26,247 nt of DNA from a bacterium. GTDB lineage: Bacteria; SZUA-182; DTGQ01; JAFGSM01. The stretch covers positions 1 to 26,247 of the forward strand of contig JBLIRP010000056.1 in assembly GCA_049472355.1 (NCBI GenBank), written 5' to 3'. Positions 1 to 10,250 of the stretch are shown here, in pieces. A program made the translations under genes and the position numbers. Position 1 is the first letter of the stretch; every line of letters begins with the position of its first letter. Under the pieces are notes generated by a model. It did no database searches, was not told the origin of the DNA, and worked only from the letters and a program-made list of their open reading frames with translations.

Positions 1-498
1 ACGGTCAAGGAACTTGAGGACAAATTTTCCAAATCCTCCTCAGCGGTGTTTGCAGAATTCAAGGGACTCAGCGTCCAAAGCATGGAAGACCTGAGGAATC
101 GCTCCAGGCAGGCCCATGTGGAATTCCACGTTTTAAAGAACACCCTTGCGGAGAGGGCCTTTCAGGTGCTGAACCTGAGCGGCGGGGAGACCCTGTTTAT
201 CGGCCCCACGGCCGTGGCCTTCGGCGTGGATGACCCGGTGATTCCCATCAAGGTGCTGAAGGATTTTGCCAAGGAAAACCCGCAACTGGTCCTTAAGGGA
301 GGGGTCATCGAGGGAAAGCTGATTGCGGAAAACGCAATCGGCGCCATCGCTGACCTTCCGCCGCGAGAGATACTGCTGAGTCAGTTATTGATGCAGATGC
401 AGGCCCCCTTGACAGGCCTGGTCAATACGTTGAGCTCCCCCCTCAGGGGACTGCTCAACTGCCTCAAGGCGTTAGAACAGAAGAAGTCCCAGGGGTAA
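1..498 (+). CDS. rplJ: 50S ribosomal protein L10 (uL10), 5'-truncated by window edge
   Basis: Frame is open from base 1 ([25 protein letters not shown]...). It has the VLKNTL, GPTAVAF and LKGG motifs and the C-terminal LPPRE helix, and lies upstream of rplL. Confidence 0.96.
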   Translation, partial: TVKELEDKFSKSSSAVFAEFKGLSVQSMEDLRNRSRQAHVEFHVLKNTLAERAFQVLNLSGGETLFIGPTAVAFGVDDPVIPIKVLKDFAKENPQLVLKGGVIEGKLIAENAIGAIADLPPREILLSQLLMQMQAPLTGLVNTLSSPLRGLLNCLKALEQKKSQG

Positions 499-598
499 CG
501 GCGCTGTTTCCCTTCGCCCGGGGAGCAGGGTTTTTCTGGGAGCAGGACGGTACAACAGGGCGCAACACGATGACAGCGCAGACGACAAGGAGGAAGGT

Positions 599-985
599 AT
601 GGCTGGACTTACGAAAGAGGATGTTATCAACTTCATCTCCAACATGACCGTCATGGAATTGTCCGAAATGGTCAAGGAGATGGAAGACAAATTCGGCGTG
701 TCCGCTGCGGCCCCGATGCCCATGATGTTTGCAGGGGCCGGCCCCGCGCAGGCCGAGAAGCAAGAGGAAGAACAGACGGAATTTACCGTCCACCTCACCG
801 GTATCGGTGATCAGAAGATCCAGGTCATCAAGGAGGTCCGGGCCCTCACCGGGCTGGGACTGAAGGAGGCGAAGGAACTGGTGGATAACGCACCCAAGCC
901 CCTCAAAGAGCATGTCTCCAAGGAAGAGGCGGAAAAGATCAAGGCAGCCATCGAGAAGGTGGGTGGAGCGGTGGAGATCAAGTAG
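599..985 (+). CDS. rplL: 50S ribosomal protein L7/L12 (bL12)
   Basis: Motifs [49 protein letters not shown] upstream. Confidence 0.98.
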   Translation: MAGLTKEDVINFISNMTVMELSEMVKEMEDKFGVSAAAPMPMMFAGAGPAQAEKQEEEQTEFTVHLTGIGDQKIQVIKEVRALTGLGLKEAKELVDNAPKPLKEHVSKEEAEKIKAAIEKVGGAVEIK

Positions 986-1024
986 CCGAAGCCCTGCACG
1001 ATGGCCCGTCACAGGTGAGATGCC

Positions 1025-1053
1025 GGACCCATACCTCCAGGTATGGGTTTCAT
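1025..1053 (+). terminator. Putative intrinsic terminator/attenuator between rplL and rpoB
   Basis: Perfect 9-bp stem ACCCATACC (1027-1035) / GGTATGGGT (1040-1048), loop TCCA, followed by a short TTCAT tail. Same position as the rplL-rpoB attenuator of E. coli. Confidence 0.55.
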
Positions 1054-1090
1054 GCTGATCAAAAATACTTTTGGTCAAAAGAGGTTTTAT

Positions 1091-4000
1091 ATGGTAACCA
1101 ATTTTAGGAGTGTCAAGCGGGGACGGAGGAATTTCGCGAAGATACCGGAGATTATGGCGGTCCCCAACCTCATCGAGATCCAGAAGAGTTCCTACGAGAA
1201 ATTTCTCCAGAGGGAAGCGCCTCAAGAAGCCCGGATTGACGAAGGCTTGCAGGGGGTATTCAAAAGCGTCTTCCCTATAACCGATTTTAGCGACACCTGT
1301 TCGCTGGAATTCGTTTCCTACAGTTTCGGAGAGCCGAAGTACAGCGTCAAGGAATGCCATCAGCGGGGGATGACCTACGCGGCCGCCATCAAGGTGGTGG
1401 TACGCCTTATCGTATGGGTCAAAAACAAGGAGCAGCAGCCCGCAACCCGATCCATCAGGGATATCAAGGAGCAGGAGATATACCTGGGTGAAATACCCCT
1501 GATGACCGAGAATGGGACGTTTATCATCAACGGGACCGAGCGGGCGATTGTGAGTCAGATGCATCGATCCCCCGGGGTCTTCTTCGGTCATGACAAGGGG
1601 AAGACCTATTCCGGCCAGAAAATCGTCTATACCGCCCGTATCATCCCCTATCGCGGGTCATGGGTTGAATTCGAGATCTGCAGCAAGGATATCCTGTACC
1701 TGAGAATCGACCGCAGGAGAAAGATCATCGCCACCGTCCTGCTGAGGGCGATGGGGATAGAGTCCGATGAGGAGATCCTGAAGCGGTTCTATCAAACCGA
1801 AAAGGTGATCCTGGGGGAGGATAATGTCTGGACCAAGCTGCTCGATCCCGAAGCTCACATAGGAGAGAGGGTCAGCGCGGATATACCGGATCCCCAGACG
1901 GGAAAGGTGATTGTCAAGGCAAACACCAAGATAGGCAAGGCCAATCTTAAACGCATGATGGAATCCGGCATCGATCGCATCCCGGTCGAAGAGGAGCAGT
2001 TGATCGGCCACTACCTGGCCTCGGACATCATCGACATGGAGACGGGCGAGATCCTCTTCGAGGTCAACTCCCCGGTGACGGTTGACACCCTCTTTACCTG
2101 CAAGGAAAAGGGGATACACGAGATCGAGTTGCTCGTCATCGAAGGGAGCAAAATCGGTCAATCACTGAGGGATACAACGGCCAAGGATCCCATTAAAACG
2201 AAAACCGATGCCCTGATCGATATATACAAGCGAATGCGACCGGGGGACCCCCCCACGCCGGAAAGCGCCCAGACCCTGTTCAATCATATGTTCTTCGATC
2301 ACAAGCGCTACGACCTTTCACGGGTGGGCCGCCTGATCATGAACCGGCGGCTCGAAGTCGATAACCCCATCGACGAAAGGCTCCTCACTGAATCGGACTT
2401 CATGGAAACCATCCGGTACCTCCTGCAGTTGCAGAACGGCTATGGGTATGTCGACGATATCGATCACCTGGGGAATCGCCGGGTGAGATCGGTCGGGGAA
2501 TTGCTTGAAAACCAGTTCAGAATCGGTCTGGTGAGGATGGAACGGGCCATACGGGAGCGCATGAGCATCCAGGACATGGAAACGGTCATGCCGCATGACA
2601 TCGTCAATTCGAAGCCGGTTGCAGCGGTCATCAAGGAATTTTTCGGCAGCAGCCAGCTCTCCCAGTTTCTCGATCAGACCAACCCGCTCTCCGAGCTCAC
2701 CCACAAGAGACGTCTGAGCGCCCTGGGCCCCGGAAGCCTCAGCAGGGAACGCGCCGGGTTTGAGGTGCGCGACGTCCATTCGACCCACTACGGCCGTATC
2801 TGCCCCATAGAAACCCCTGAAGGCCCGAATATCGGGCTCATTTCCTCGCTGTCCACCTTTGCCCGGGTGAATGAGTTCGGCTTTATAGAGACCCCGTATC
2901 GAAGGGTGGTCAACGGGCAGGTGACCGATGAAATCGTGTTCCTGACGGCAAGCGAAGAGGAAAACTATGTGGTCGCCCAGGCCAATGCCCCTATCGACGA
3001 GAACGGCTACTTTCTCACCGACAGGGTGAATGTGCGGCAGGGAGGGGAATTCAAGAAGCTTTCCGCCGATCAGATCGATTTCATGGATGTTTCCCCCAAG
3101 CAACTGGTGAGCGTATCCACCTCGCTCATCCCCTTCCTTGAACACGACGACGCCAACCGTGCCCTCATGGGATCCAACATGCAGCGCCAGGCGGTCCCGC
3201 TGCTCAAACCCTCCGCCCCCTTAGTGGGAACAGGCATGGAAGGGATCGTTGCCCGGGACTCCGGCGCCATTATGATGGCGAAAAGGGCAGGCGTGGTGGA
3301 AAGCGTATCGGCAAACCGGATCATCATCCGCGCCGACCAGGAGCCCGAAGCGCTGGTGGAGGGCGGCGGCGAGCCGATCATGGATATCTATGAATTGACG
3401 AAATTCCAGCGCTCCAATCAAAACACCTGTCTGAACCAAAGGCCGATGGTCCAGGTGGGACAGCGGGTGGAGACTGGGGAATTGATTGCCGACGGTGCCG
3501 CCACCGACCATGGCGAGCTTGCCCTGGGCCAGAATGTGCTCGTGGCATTCATGCCGTGGGGCGGGTACAATTTCGAGGACGCCATCCTGATCAGTGAAAA
3601 CCTGGTAAAGGATGACCGCTACACCTCCATTCACATAGAGGAGTTCGATATCGAGGTGCGCGATACGAAACTGGGTAAGGAGGAGATCACCAGGGAGATC
3701 CCCAATGTTGGTGAGGAGGCCCTGAAAAATCTCGATGAAAGCGGCATCATCCGCATCGGCGCCGAGGTGAAGCCCGGGGATATCCTGGTGGGAAAGGTGA
3801 CCCCGAAGGGGGAGACCCAGTTGACCCCGGAAGAGAAGCTCCTCAGGGCGATTTTCGGAGAAAAGGCGGCCGATGTGCGCGATGCATCCCTTTCGGTGCC
3901 GCCAGGCATCGACGGGGTGGTGGTGGATGTCAAGGTCTTCTCGCGGAAAGGGGTGGAAAAGGACCAGCGGACCAAGGACATCGAGGATGAAGAGGTCTCC

Positions 4001-5011
4001 AATCTCAAGCGGAGTCTCCGGGACGAGATCAAGATCGTGGAGGCCCAGAAGTCAAAATTGATGCAAGGCATTCTTTCGGAGCACAGCATCGACGATGAGC
4101 CCGCACCCGCACCCGCAGATATCGAGGAATTCGGGTCCATCGACCAATCCATGATCAAGCCGCAGATGGAGGAGATCGAAAGCTGGGCGGATTCCCAGAT
4201 CGATTACTACCAGAATATCTTTCATGAAAAGCTCTCCCGCCTGGAAAAGGGGGGCGAACTGCCGCCGGGGGTTATCAAGCTGGTAAAGGTTTACATTGCG
4301 ATGAAGAGAAAGCTCTCGGTCGGAGACAAGATGGCGGGAAGGCATGGAAACAAGGGCGTGGTTTCAAAGATCCTCCCCCAGGAGGATATGCCCTTCCTCC
4401 CGGACGGCACACCCGTGGAAATCGTGCTGAATCCCCTGGGGGTGCCCTCGCGAATGAACGTGGGACAGATACTGGAGACCCACCTGGGATGGGCGGCCAG
4501 CGCCCTCGGGCTCCACATGGCCACCCCGGTGTTTGACGGGGCGAGCGTGAACCAGATCAAGGAGACCCTCCAGGAGGCCGGGATTCCGGATTCCGGAAGG
4601 ACCATTCTCTACGACGGAAGAAGCGGGGAGCCCTTTCTGCAGGAGGTGACCGTAGGATATATCTATATCCTCAAGCTGGCCCACCTCGTTGACGACAAGA
4701 TCCATGCCAGGTCCATCGGTCCCTACTCGCTGGTCACCCAGCAGCCCCTCGGCGGGAAGGCGCAGTTCGGAGGCCAGCGGTTCGGGGAGATGGAGGTATG
4801 GGCGCTCGAGGCATATGGAGCCGCTTACACCCTCCAGGAGATCCTGACCGTAAAATCGGATGACGTGGCAGGGAGGACGGATGCCTATGAGGCAATTGTC
4901 AAGGGTGAAGACCTGAAGGATCCGGGTGTCCCCGAATCATTCAATGTCCTGGTCAAGGAGCTCCAGAGCCTCTGCCTGGACGTTGAGCTCTTAAAAGAGG
5001 AGCAGAAATAA
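1091..5011 (+). CDS. rpoB: DNA-directed RNA polymerase subunit beta
   Basis: Motifs [41 protein letters not shown]. Start placed at ATG 1091 (AGAGG at 1080-1084) rather than 1043 from the ORF track. Confidence 0.99.
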   Translation: MVTNFRSVKRGRRNFAKIPEIMAVPNLIEIQKSSYEKFLQREAPQEARIDEGLQGVFKSVFPITDFSDTCSLEFVSYSFGEPKYSVKECHQRGMTYAAAIKVVVRLIVWVKNKEQQPATRSIRDIKEQEIYLGEIPLMTENGTFIINGTERAIVSQMHRSPGVFFGHDKGKTYSGQKIVYTARIIPYRGSWVEFEICSKDILYLRIDRRRKIIATVLLRAMGIESDEEILKRFYQTEKVILGEDNVWTKLLDPEAHIGERVSADIPDPQTGKVIVKANTKIGKANLKRMMESGIDRIPVEEEQLIGHYLASDIIDMETGEILFEVNSPVTVDTLFTCKEKGIHEIELLVIEGSKIGQSLRDTTAKDPIKTKTDALIDIYKRMRPGDPPTPESAQTLFNHMFFDHKRYDLSRVGRLIMNRRLEVDNPIDERLLTESDFMETIRYLLQLQNGYGYVDDIDHLGNRRVRSVGELLENQFRIGLVRMERAIRERMSIQDMETVMPHDIVNSKPVAAVIKEFFGSSQLSQFLDQTNPLSELTHKRRLSALGPGSLSRERAGFEVRDVHSTHYGRICPIETPEGPNIGLISSLSTFARVNEFGFIETPYRRVVNGQVTDEIVFLTASEEENYVVAQANAPIDENGYFLTDRVNVRQGGEFKKLSADQIDFMDVSPKQLVSVSTSLIPFLEHDDANRALMGSNMQRQAVPLLKPSAPLVGTGMEGIVARDSGAIMMAKRAGVVESVSANRIIIRADQEPEALVEGGGEPIMDIYELTKFQRSNQNTCLNQRPMVQVGQRVETGELIADGAATDHGELALGQNVLVAFMPWGGYNFEDAILISENLVKDDRYTSIHIEEFDIEVRDTKLGKEEITREIPNVGEEALKNLDESGIIRIGAEVKPGDILVGKVTPKGETQLTPEEKLLRAIFGEKAADVRDASLSVPPGIDGVVVDVKVFSRKGVEKDQRTKDIEDEEVSNLKRSLRDEIKIVEAQKSKLMQGILSEHSIDDEPAPAPADIEEFGSIDQSMIKPQMEEIESWADSQIDYYQNIFHEKLSRLEKGGELPPGVIKLVKVYIAMKRKLSVGDKMAGRHGNKGVVSKILPQEDMPFLPDGTPVEIVLNPLGVPSRMNVGQILETHLGWAASALGLHMATPVFDGASVNQIKETLQEAGIPDSGRTILYDGRSGEPFLQEVTVGYIYILKLAHLVDDKIHARSIGPYSLVTQQPLGGKAQFGGQRFGEMEVWALEAYGAAYTLQEILTVKSDDVAGRTDAYEAIVKGEDLKDPGVPESFNVLVKELQSLCLDVELLKEEQK
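4100..4117 (+). repeat. (CCCGCA)x3 in-frame tandem repeat encoding PAPAPA in rpoB
   Basis: Read directly from the sequence: cccgca cccgca cccgca. Confidence 0.9.
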
Positions 5012-5025
5012 GGAGGAGTACTACA

Positions 5026-8000
5026 TTGCGATCCTATCGTGGCTTTATGAATAAATCGAGAGAGCGGATCGAATTCGACTCTATCCGCATAGGGCTGGCC
5101 TCTCCCGAAAAGATCAGATCCTGGTCCCACGGAGAGGTGAAAAAGCCCGAGACCATCAACTACCGGACCTTCAAACCGGAAAAAGACGGCCTTTTCTGCG
5201 CGAAGATCTTCGGACCTACGAAGGACTGGGAGTGCAACTGCGGTAAATACAAGCGAATGAAACACCGCGGTGTGGTCTGCGACAAGTGCGGTGTGGAGGT
5301 GATCCAGTCGAAGGTGCGAAGGGAACGGCTCGGGCATATCGAACTGGCCTGCCCGGTCTCCCATGTCTGGTTTTTCAAGGGCCTTCCCAGCCGCATCGGC
5401 CATCTGCTCGACATGACCCTCAGGGACCTGGAAAAGATCCTCTATTTTGAGGCATACGTGGTCATCGAGCCGGGGGATACGGACCTCCAGCCGCAGGAAA
5501 TCCTGACCGAGGAGAAATTCCGCAAGGCGCGCGAGCAATTCGGGGACCGATTCGAGGCAGGGATGGGCGCGGAGGCGATCCACACCATGCTCGCACGGCT
5601 GGAGATTCCCAAGCTCGCCCAGGACCTTCGCGAGGAAATGCGACAGACCTCCTCTGCCCAACAGGAGAAAAAGCTTGCCAAACGGCTCAAGGTGGTGGAG
5701 GCGTTCCTCCATTCCGGAAACAAGCCCGAGTGGATGATCCTGGAGGTCATACCGGTCATCCCGCCGGACCTTCGGCCGCTGGTGCCGCTGGACGGGGGGC
5801 GGTTTGCCACCTCCGACCTCAACGATCTCTACCGGCGGGTCATCAACCGCAACAACCGCCTCAAGAGACTCATCGAGCTCAACGCCCCCGACGTGATCAT
5901 ACGCAACGAAAAGCGCATGCTCCAGGAGGCGGTGGATGCCCTCTTTGACAACGGACGACGGGGGAGGGTCCTGAGGGGCGCCAACAATCGTCCCCTCAAG
6001 TCACTGAGCGACATGCTCAAGGGGAAACAGGGGCGATTCAGGCAGAACCTCCTTGGCAAGCGGGTGGATTATTCCGGCCGCTCGGTGATCGTGGTGGAGC
6101 CCGAGCTGAAACTTCACCAGTGCGGCCTTCCGAAGCAGATGGCCCTCGAACTTTTCAAGCCTTTTATTTACAGCAAGTTGGAGGAAATGGGATACGTCAC
6201 CACCATCAAAAGCGCCAAGAAGATGGTGGAAAAACAGCGCCCTGAAATATGGGAGATTCTGGAGGAGGTCATCACCGAGCACCCGGTGCTGTTGAACAGG
6301 GCCCCCACGTTGCACCGCCTCGGGATACAGGCGTTCGAACCGGTCCTCGTCGAGGGAAAGGCGATCAGGATCCACCCCTTGGTATGCGCGGCATTCAATG
6401 CCGACTTTGACGGGGATCAGATGGCCGTTCACATCCCCCTCTCCTTCGAGGCCCAGATCGAGGCCCGCGTGCTGATGATGTCCACCAATAACATCCTCTC
6501 CCCGGCAAACGGCGAACCGCTCGCGGTCCCCAGCCAGGATATCGTGCTCGGCTGCTACTTTCTCACCAAGGCGAAGATCGGAGAAAAGGGGGAGGGAAAG
6601 GCCTTTTCCGATGCGGACGAGGCCCTTCTGGCCTGCAATTGCGGCGCAGTCAGCCTCCAGTCCAAGATAAAGGTCCGCATCAACGGGGAACTGATGGCGA
6701 CCACCCCGGGACGGATCATCTTCAACAACATCCTTCCTCCGGGATTTGACTTTGTGAACCAGGAGCTGAAGAAAAAGGACATCATCCGGATTGTTGCACA
6801 GTGCGTGAGAAAGTGCCCCCAAAGCGAGACATTGACCCTCCTCGACGATCTGAAGGAGATCGGTTTCCGATATGCCACCGCATCCGGCATCTCCATCTCC
6901 ATCGATGACATCCAGGTCCCCTCCAGGAAGGATGAGTTGATCACCAGGGCCGAACAGGAGGTCATCGAGGTGGAGCAGCAGCACCTCGACGGGATCATTA
7001 CCGACGGCGAGCGTTACAACAAGGTGGTGGATATATGGTCCAGGGTCACCGAACAGGTTTCGGACGAGATGTTCATTGAACTCAAGAACATGGACAAGGT
7101 GGCGGGCCGAGGACGTTCGATGCACACCGGGGAGTTCAATCCAATCTACATGATGGCGGACTCAGGGGCCAGGGGAAGCAAACAGCAGATCAGGCAGCTT
7201 GCGGGCATGCGCGGGCTGATGGCCAAGCCTTCCGGCGAAATCATCGAAACACCCATCACCGCCAATTTCAAAGAGGGACTGTCGGTGTTGCAGTACTTCA
7301 TCTCCACCCACGGGGCGCGCAAGGGGCTGGCGGATACGGCGCTCAAGACGGCGGATTCGGGCTACCTGACACGACGTCTGGTGGATGTGGCCCAGGATGT
7401 TATCGTGACATTTGATGACTGCGGCACGCTTGACGGCATAGAATTCACGCCGATCGTGGAAGGGGGCGAGATCATCGCCTCCATCAAGGACAGGGCGATC
7501 GGACGGGTGGCGCTCGAGGAGATCAAGGACCCCGTAACCGGGGACGTGCTGGTGAGCCCCAATCAGGAGATCGATGAAGACCTGGCCCAGCGGATCATGG
7601 ATGCGGGTATCATAAGCATCAAGATCAGATCAGTCCTTACCTGCGAGGCGCGCCGGGGGGTGTGCGCCCGCTGCTACGGCACCAACCTGGCATCAGGGAA
7701 GATGGTCGAACTCGGGGAGGCGGTCGGCGTGCTTGCAGCCCAGTCCATCGGGGAGCCGGGGACCCAGTTGACCATGAGGACGTTCCACATCGGCGGGACC
7801 GCCCGTCTGACCGAGATGGAATCGACCGTTGCCGCGAAGAACAACGGGAAATTGAACTTCCATAATCTCAACACCGTGGAGAGAAGGGATGGGACCTTCA
7901 TCGTGCTCAACCGCAATGGAAGCATCGGCATCGAGGACGAGACGGGGCACGAGCGGGAAATCTATCCGGTGGTGTACGGTGCGACCATAAAGGTGCCCAA

Positions 8001-9093
8001 CGGCCAGATGGTGAGTGTCGGGCAGACCCTTGTGGAGTGGGACCCCTTTACCATCCCCATCCTCACCGAGATCGCCGGAAGGCTCTCGTACAAGGACGTG
8101 ATCGACGGCACCACCATGAAGGAAGAGGTGGACGAGGTCACCGGGCTCTCCCAGAAGGTGATCATGGACCATGCGGATGAAAAGCTGCAACCGCGGTTTC
8201 AGATCAAGGGAGATCACAAGCAGCCGACCAGTTACCTCCTGCCCGCCGGTGCGCACCTGATTGTCTCGGAGGGGACCGATGTCGCCCCGGGCGACGTTAT
8301 CGCCAAGATCCCTCGGGAAACCACGAAGACCAAGGATATTACCGGAGGTCTTCCCCGGGTCGCCGAATTGTTCGAGGCACGGAAACCCAAGGAATACGCC
8401 ATCATCGCCGAGATCGACGGGGAGGTGAAACTTGGAGGGACCCTTAAGGGAATGCGGCGGGTGGTCATACAGAACGAGGCGGGTATGGAACAGGAATACC
8501 TTATTCCCAGAGGGAAACACATCAACGTGCACGATGGTGATCGGGTCAAGGCAGGCGAGCCCCTCATGGACGGCGCCCCGAATCCCCACGACATCCTCCG
8601 GGTCATGGGAGAAAAGGCCCTTCAGAAATACCTGGTCGATGAGGTGCAGGAGGTCTACCGGCTCCAGGGCGTCAACATCGACGACAAGCATATCGAGGTG
8701 ATCGTCCGGCAGATGCTCCGCTGGGTGAGGATCGAATCGGTGGGTGACACCAAGTTTATCGTCGGCGAACAGGTGGACCGATTCCAGTTCCAGGAGGAAA
8801 ACGAGCGGGTGTCCTCGCAGGGAGGACAGCCGGCGAGCGCGAAGCCGATCCTGCTCGGCATTACCAAGGCCTCCTTGAGCACGGACAGCTTCATTTCCGC
8901 TGCGTCGTTCCAGGAGATGACCCGTGTGCTCACCGAGGCGAGCGTGTGCGGGAAAAGGGATGAATTGCGCGGATTGAAGGAAAATGTCATTGTGGGCCGT
9001 CTCATTCCTGCAGGAACCGGACTGCGGCGATACCGGGATATCGATGTCAAAGAGGTCGAGGGGGATGGACCCCCACCCTCATTCCTCACTTGA
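5026..9093 (+). CDS. rpoC: DNA-directed RNA polymerase subunit beta'
   Basis: Catalytic NADFDGDQ, Zn finger CNCGKYK...CDKC, trigger loop QLTMRTFH with a large insertion. TTG start with AGGAGGAG SD at 5011-5018. Confidence 0.99.
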   Translation: MRSYRGFMNKSRERIEFDSIRIGLASPEKIRSWSHGEVKKPETINYRTFKPEKDGLFCAKIFGPTKDWECNCGKYKRMKHRGVVCDKCGVEVIQSKVRRERLGHIELACPVSHVWFFKGLPSRIGHLLDMTLRDLEKILYFEAYVVIEPGDTDLQPQEILTEEKFRKAREQFGDRFEAGMGAEAIHTMLARLEIPKLAQDLREEMRQTSSAQQEKKLAKRLKVVEAFLHSGNKPEWMILEVIPVIPPDLRPLVPLDGGRFATSDLNDLYRRVINRNNRLKRLIELNAPDVIIRNEKRMLQEAVDALFDNGRRGRVLRGANNRPLKSLSDMLKGKQGRFRQNLLGKRVDYSGRSVIVVEPELKLHQCGLPKQMALELFKPFIYSKLEEMGYVTTIKSAKKMVEKQRPEIWEILEEVITEHPVLLNRAPTLHRLGIQAFEPVLVEGKAIRIHPLVCAAFNADFDGDQMAVHIPLSFEAQIEARVLMMSTNNILSPANGEPLAVPSQDIVLGCYFLTKAKIGEKGEGKAFSDADEALLACNCGAVSLQSKIKVRINGELMATTPGRIIFNNILPPGFDFVNQELKKKDIIRIVAQCVRKCPQSETLTLLDDLKEIGFRYATASGISISIDDIQVPSRKDELITRAEQEVIEVEQQHLDGIITDGERYNKVVDIWSRVTEQVSDEMFIELKNMDKVAGRGRSMHTGEFNPIYMMADSGARGSKQQIRQLAGMRGLMAKPSGEIIETPITANFKEGLSVLQYFISTHGARKGLADTALKTADSGYLTRRLVDVAQDVIVTFDDCGTLDGIEFTPIVEGGEIIASIKDRAIGRVALEEIKDPVTGDVLVSPNQEIDEDLAQRIMDAGIISIKIRSVLTCEARRGVCARCYGTNLASGKMVELGEAVGVLAAQSIGEPGTQLTMRTFHIGGTARLTEMESTVAAKNNGKLNFHNLNTVERRDGTFIVLNRNGSIGIEDETGHEREIYPVVYGATIKVPNGQMVSVGQTLVEWDPFTIPILTEIAGRLSYKDVIDGTTMKEEVDEVTGLSQKVIMDHADEKLQPRFQIKGDHKQPTSYLLPAGAHLIVSEGTDVAPGDVIAKIPRETTKTKDITGGLPRVAELFEARKPKEYAIIAEIDGEVKLGGTLKGMRRVVIQNEAGMEQEYLIPRGKHINVHDGDRVKAGEPLMDGAPNPHDILRVMGEKALQKYLVDEVQEVYRLQGVNIDDKHIEVIVRQMLRWVRIESVGDTKFIVGEQVDRFQFQEENERVSSQGGQPASAKPILLGITKASLSTDSFISAASFQEMTRVLTEASVCGKRDELRGLKENVIVGRLIPAGTGLRRYRDIDVKEVEGDGPPPSFLT

Positions 9094-9118
9094 CAAATTA
9101 TTATTAACATCTTACAAT
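9090..9118 (+). promoter_or_regulatory. Sigma70-type promoter for the str (rpsL) operon
   Basis: TTGACA (9090-9095), 17-nt AT-rich spacer, TACAAT (9113-9118). Confidence 0.85.
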
Positions 9119-9265
9119 AAGGGTTCTTTTATCGGGATATACTTGGCACTGTATAGCGCAGTGAGAAGGTGGTTCCGGCCCGGTGCGTGAACAAGGGCCT
9201 CACAATTCTCTCGTTATCTCGCAATATACAACCAATTATACAACCTACGGTACAATGATTACACG

Positions 9266-9299
9266 GCATAGCGATATCCGCATGGCGATATCCGTATCG
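9266..9299 (+). repeat. 14-bp tandem direct repeat (2 copies plus a partial third) in the rpsL leader
   Basis: GCATAGCGATATCC (9266-9279), GCATGGCGATATCC (9280-9293), GTATCG. Confidence 0.8.
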
Positions 9300-9331
9300 T
9301 TAATGATCGTACCCAAAGGGAAAGGGAATAC

Positions 9332-9703
9332 ATGCCGACCATCAATCAACTGGTAAAACAGGGGCGTGAAAAGGTAATAAAGAAGAAGGGGACACCGGCC
9401 CTTGCCTCCTGTCCTCAAAAGAGGGGGGTGTGCGTGAGGGTCTATACCACGACGCCGAAGAAACCCAATTCCGCCCTCAGGAAGGTGGCCCGCGTCAGAT
9501 TGACCAACGGCAAGGAGGTGACCACCTACATTCCGGGAATCGGACACAATCTTCAGGAACATTCCATTGTGCTCATTCGCGGAGGCAGGGTCAAGGACCT
9601 TCCCGGTGTCCGCTACCATATCATTCGCGGGCATCTTGATACAGCCGGTGTGCAGAATCGTAAACAATCGCGTTCCAAGTACGGTGCAAAAAGGCCCAAA
9701 TAG
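9332..9703 (+). CDS. rpsL: 30S ribosomal protein S12 (uS12)
   Basis: Motifs [30 protein letters not shown]. Confidence 0.99.
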   Translation: MPTINQLVKQGREKVIKKKGTPALASCPQKRGVCVRVYTTTPKKPNSALRKVARVRLTNGKEVTTYIPGIGHNLQEHSIVLIRGGRVKDLPGVRYHIIRGHLDTAGVQNRKQSRSKYGAKRPK

Positions 9704-9763
9704 CACCCTCGGGGACGGATGCGGACAACGACGAACCGTCAGGAATATAAGGAGCCATCGTCA

Positions 9764-10234
9764 ATGCCCAGGAGAAGGGTTATTACACGCAAGGACATCG
9801 AAACCGATGCACGGTACGATGACACATTGGTCGCAAAATTCATCAACCATCTCATGAAGGATGGGAAAAAAAGCACCGCGGAAAAGATCTTTTATTCGTC
9901 ATTGGATTCTATCCAATCCAAGACCAAGGAGGATCCCCTCCAGTTTTTCAAGCAGGCGCTCACCAATGCTAAGCCGGTCCTGGAGGTGAAATCCAGGAGG
10001 GTGGGAGGCTCGACCTATCAGGTGCCGGTTGAGATTCGTCCGCGCCGGCGCGTTGCCCTGGCAATACGATGGATTATCGGCTTTGCCCGTCAGCAGAAGG
10101 GCAAGAGCATGGTAGACGCCCTCGCAAACGAACTGCTCGATGCAGCGAACAACCGGGGGGCCACAATAAAGAAAAAAGAGGATACCCACAAGATGGCCGA
10201 GGCCAATAAGGCATTCGCCCATTACAAGTGGTAA
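9764..10234 (+). CDS. rpsG: 30S ribosomal protein S7 (uS7)
   Basis: MPRR start at ATG 9764 (AAGGAG upstream). Motifs [12 protein letters not shown] and [11 protein letters not shown]. 156 aa. Confidence 0.98.
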   Translation: MPRRRVITRKDIETDARYDDTLVAKFINHLMKDGKKSTAEKIFYSSLDSIQSKTKEDPLQFFKQALTNAKPVLEVKSRRVGGSTYQVPVEIRPRRRVALAIRWIIGFARQQKGKSMVDALANELLDAANNRGATIKKKEDTHKMAEANKAFAHYKW

Positions 10235-10250
10235 TGTTGAGGAGACTGTC

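Noticed and set aside
1043..1090. N-terminal extensions in the ORF track for rpoB (also rpsG, rplD, rplV, rpmC, rpsN, rpmD, map)
   Set aside because: Downstream starts have better-placed SD sequences and match family N-termini.
1091..9093. Inteins, introns or an rpoB-rpoC fusion
   Set aside because: Both genes have normal length with contiguous motifs, and are separated by a stop codon and an SD.
9251..9256. Second TACAAT -10-like hexamer in the rpsL leader
   Set aside because: There is no -35 at 16-18 nt and no TGn extension.
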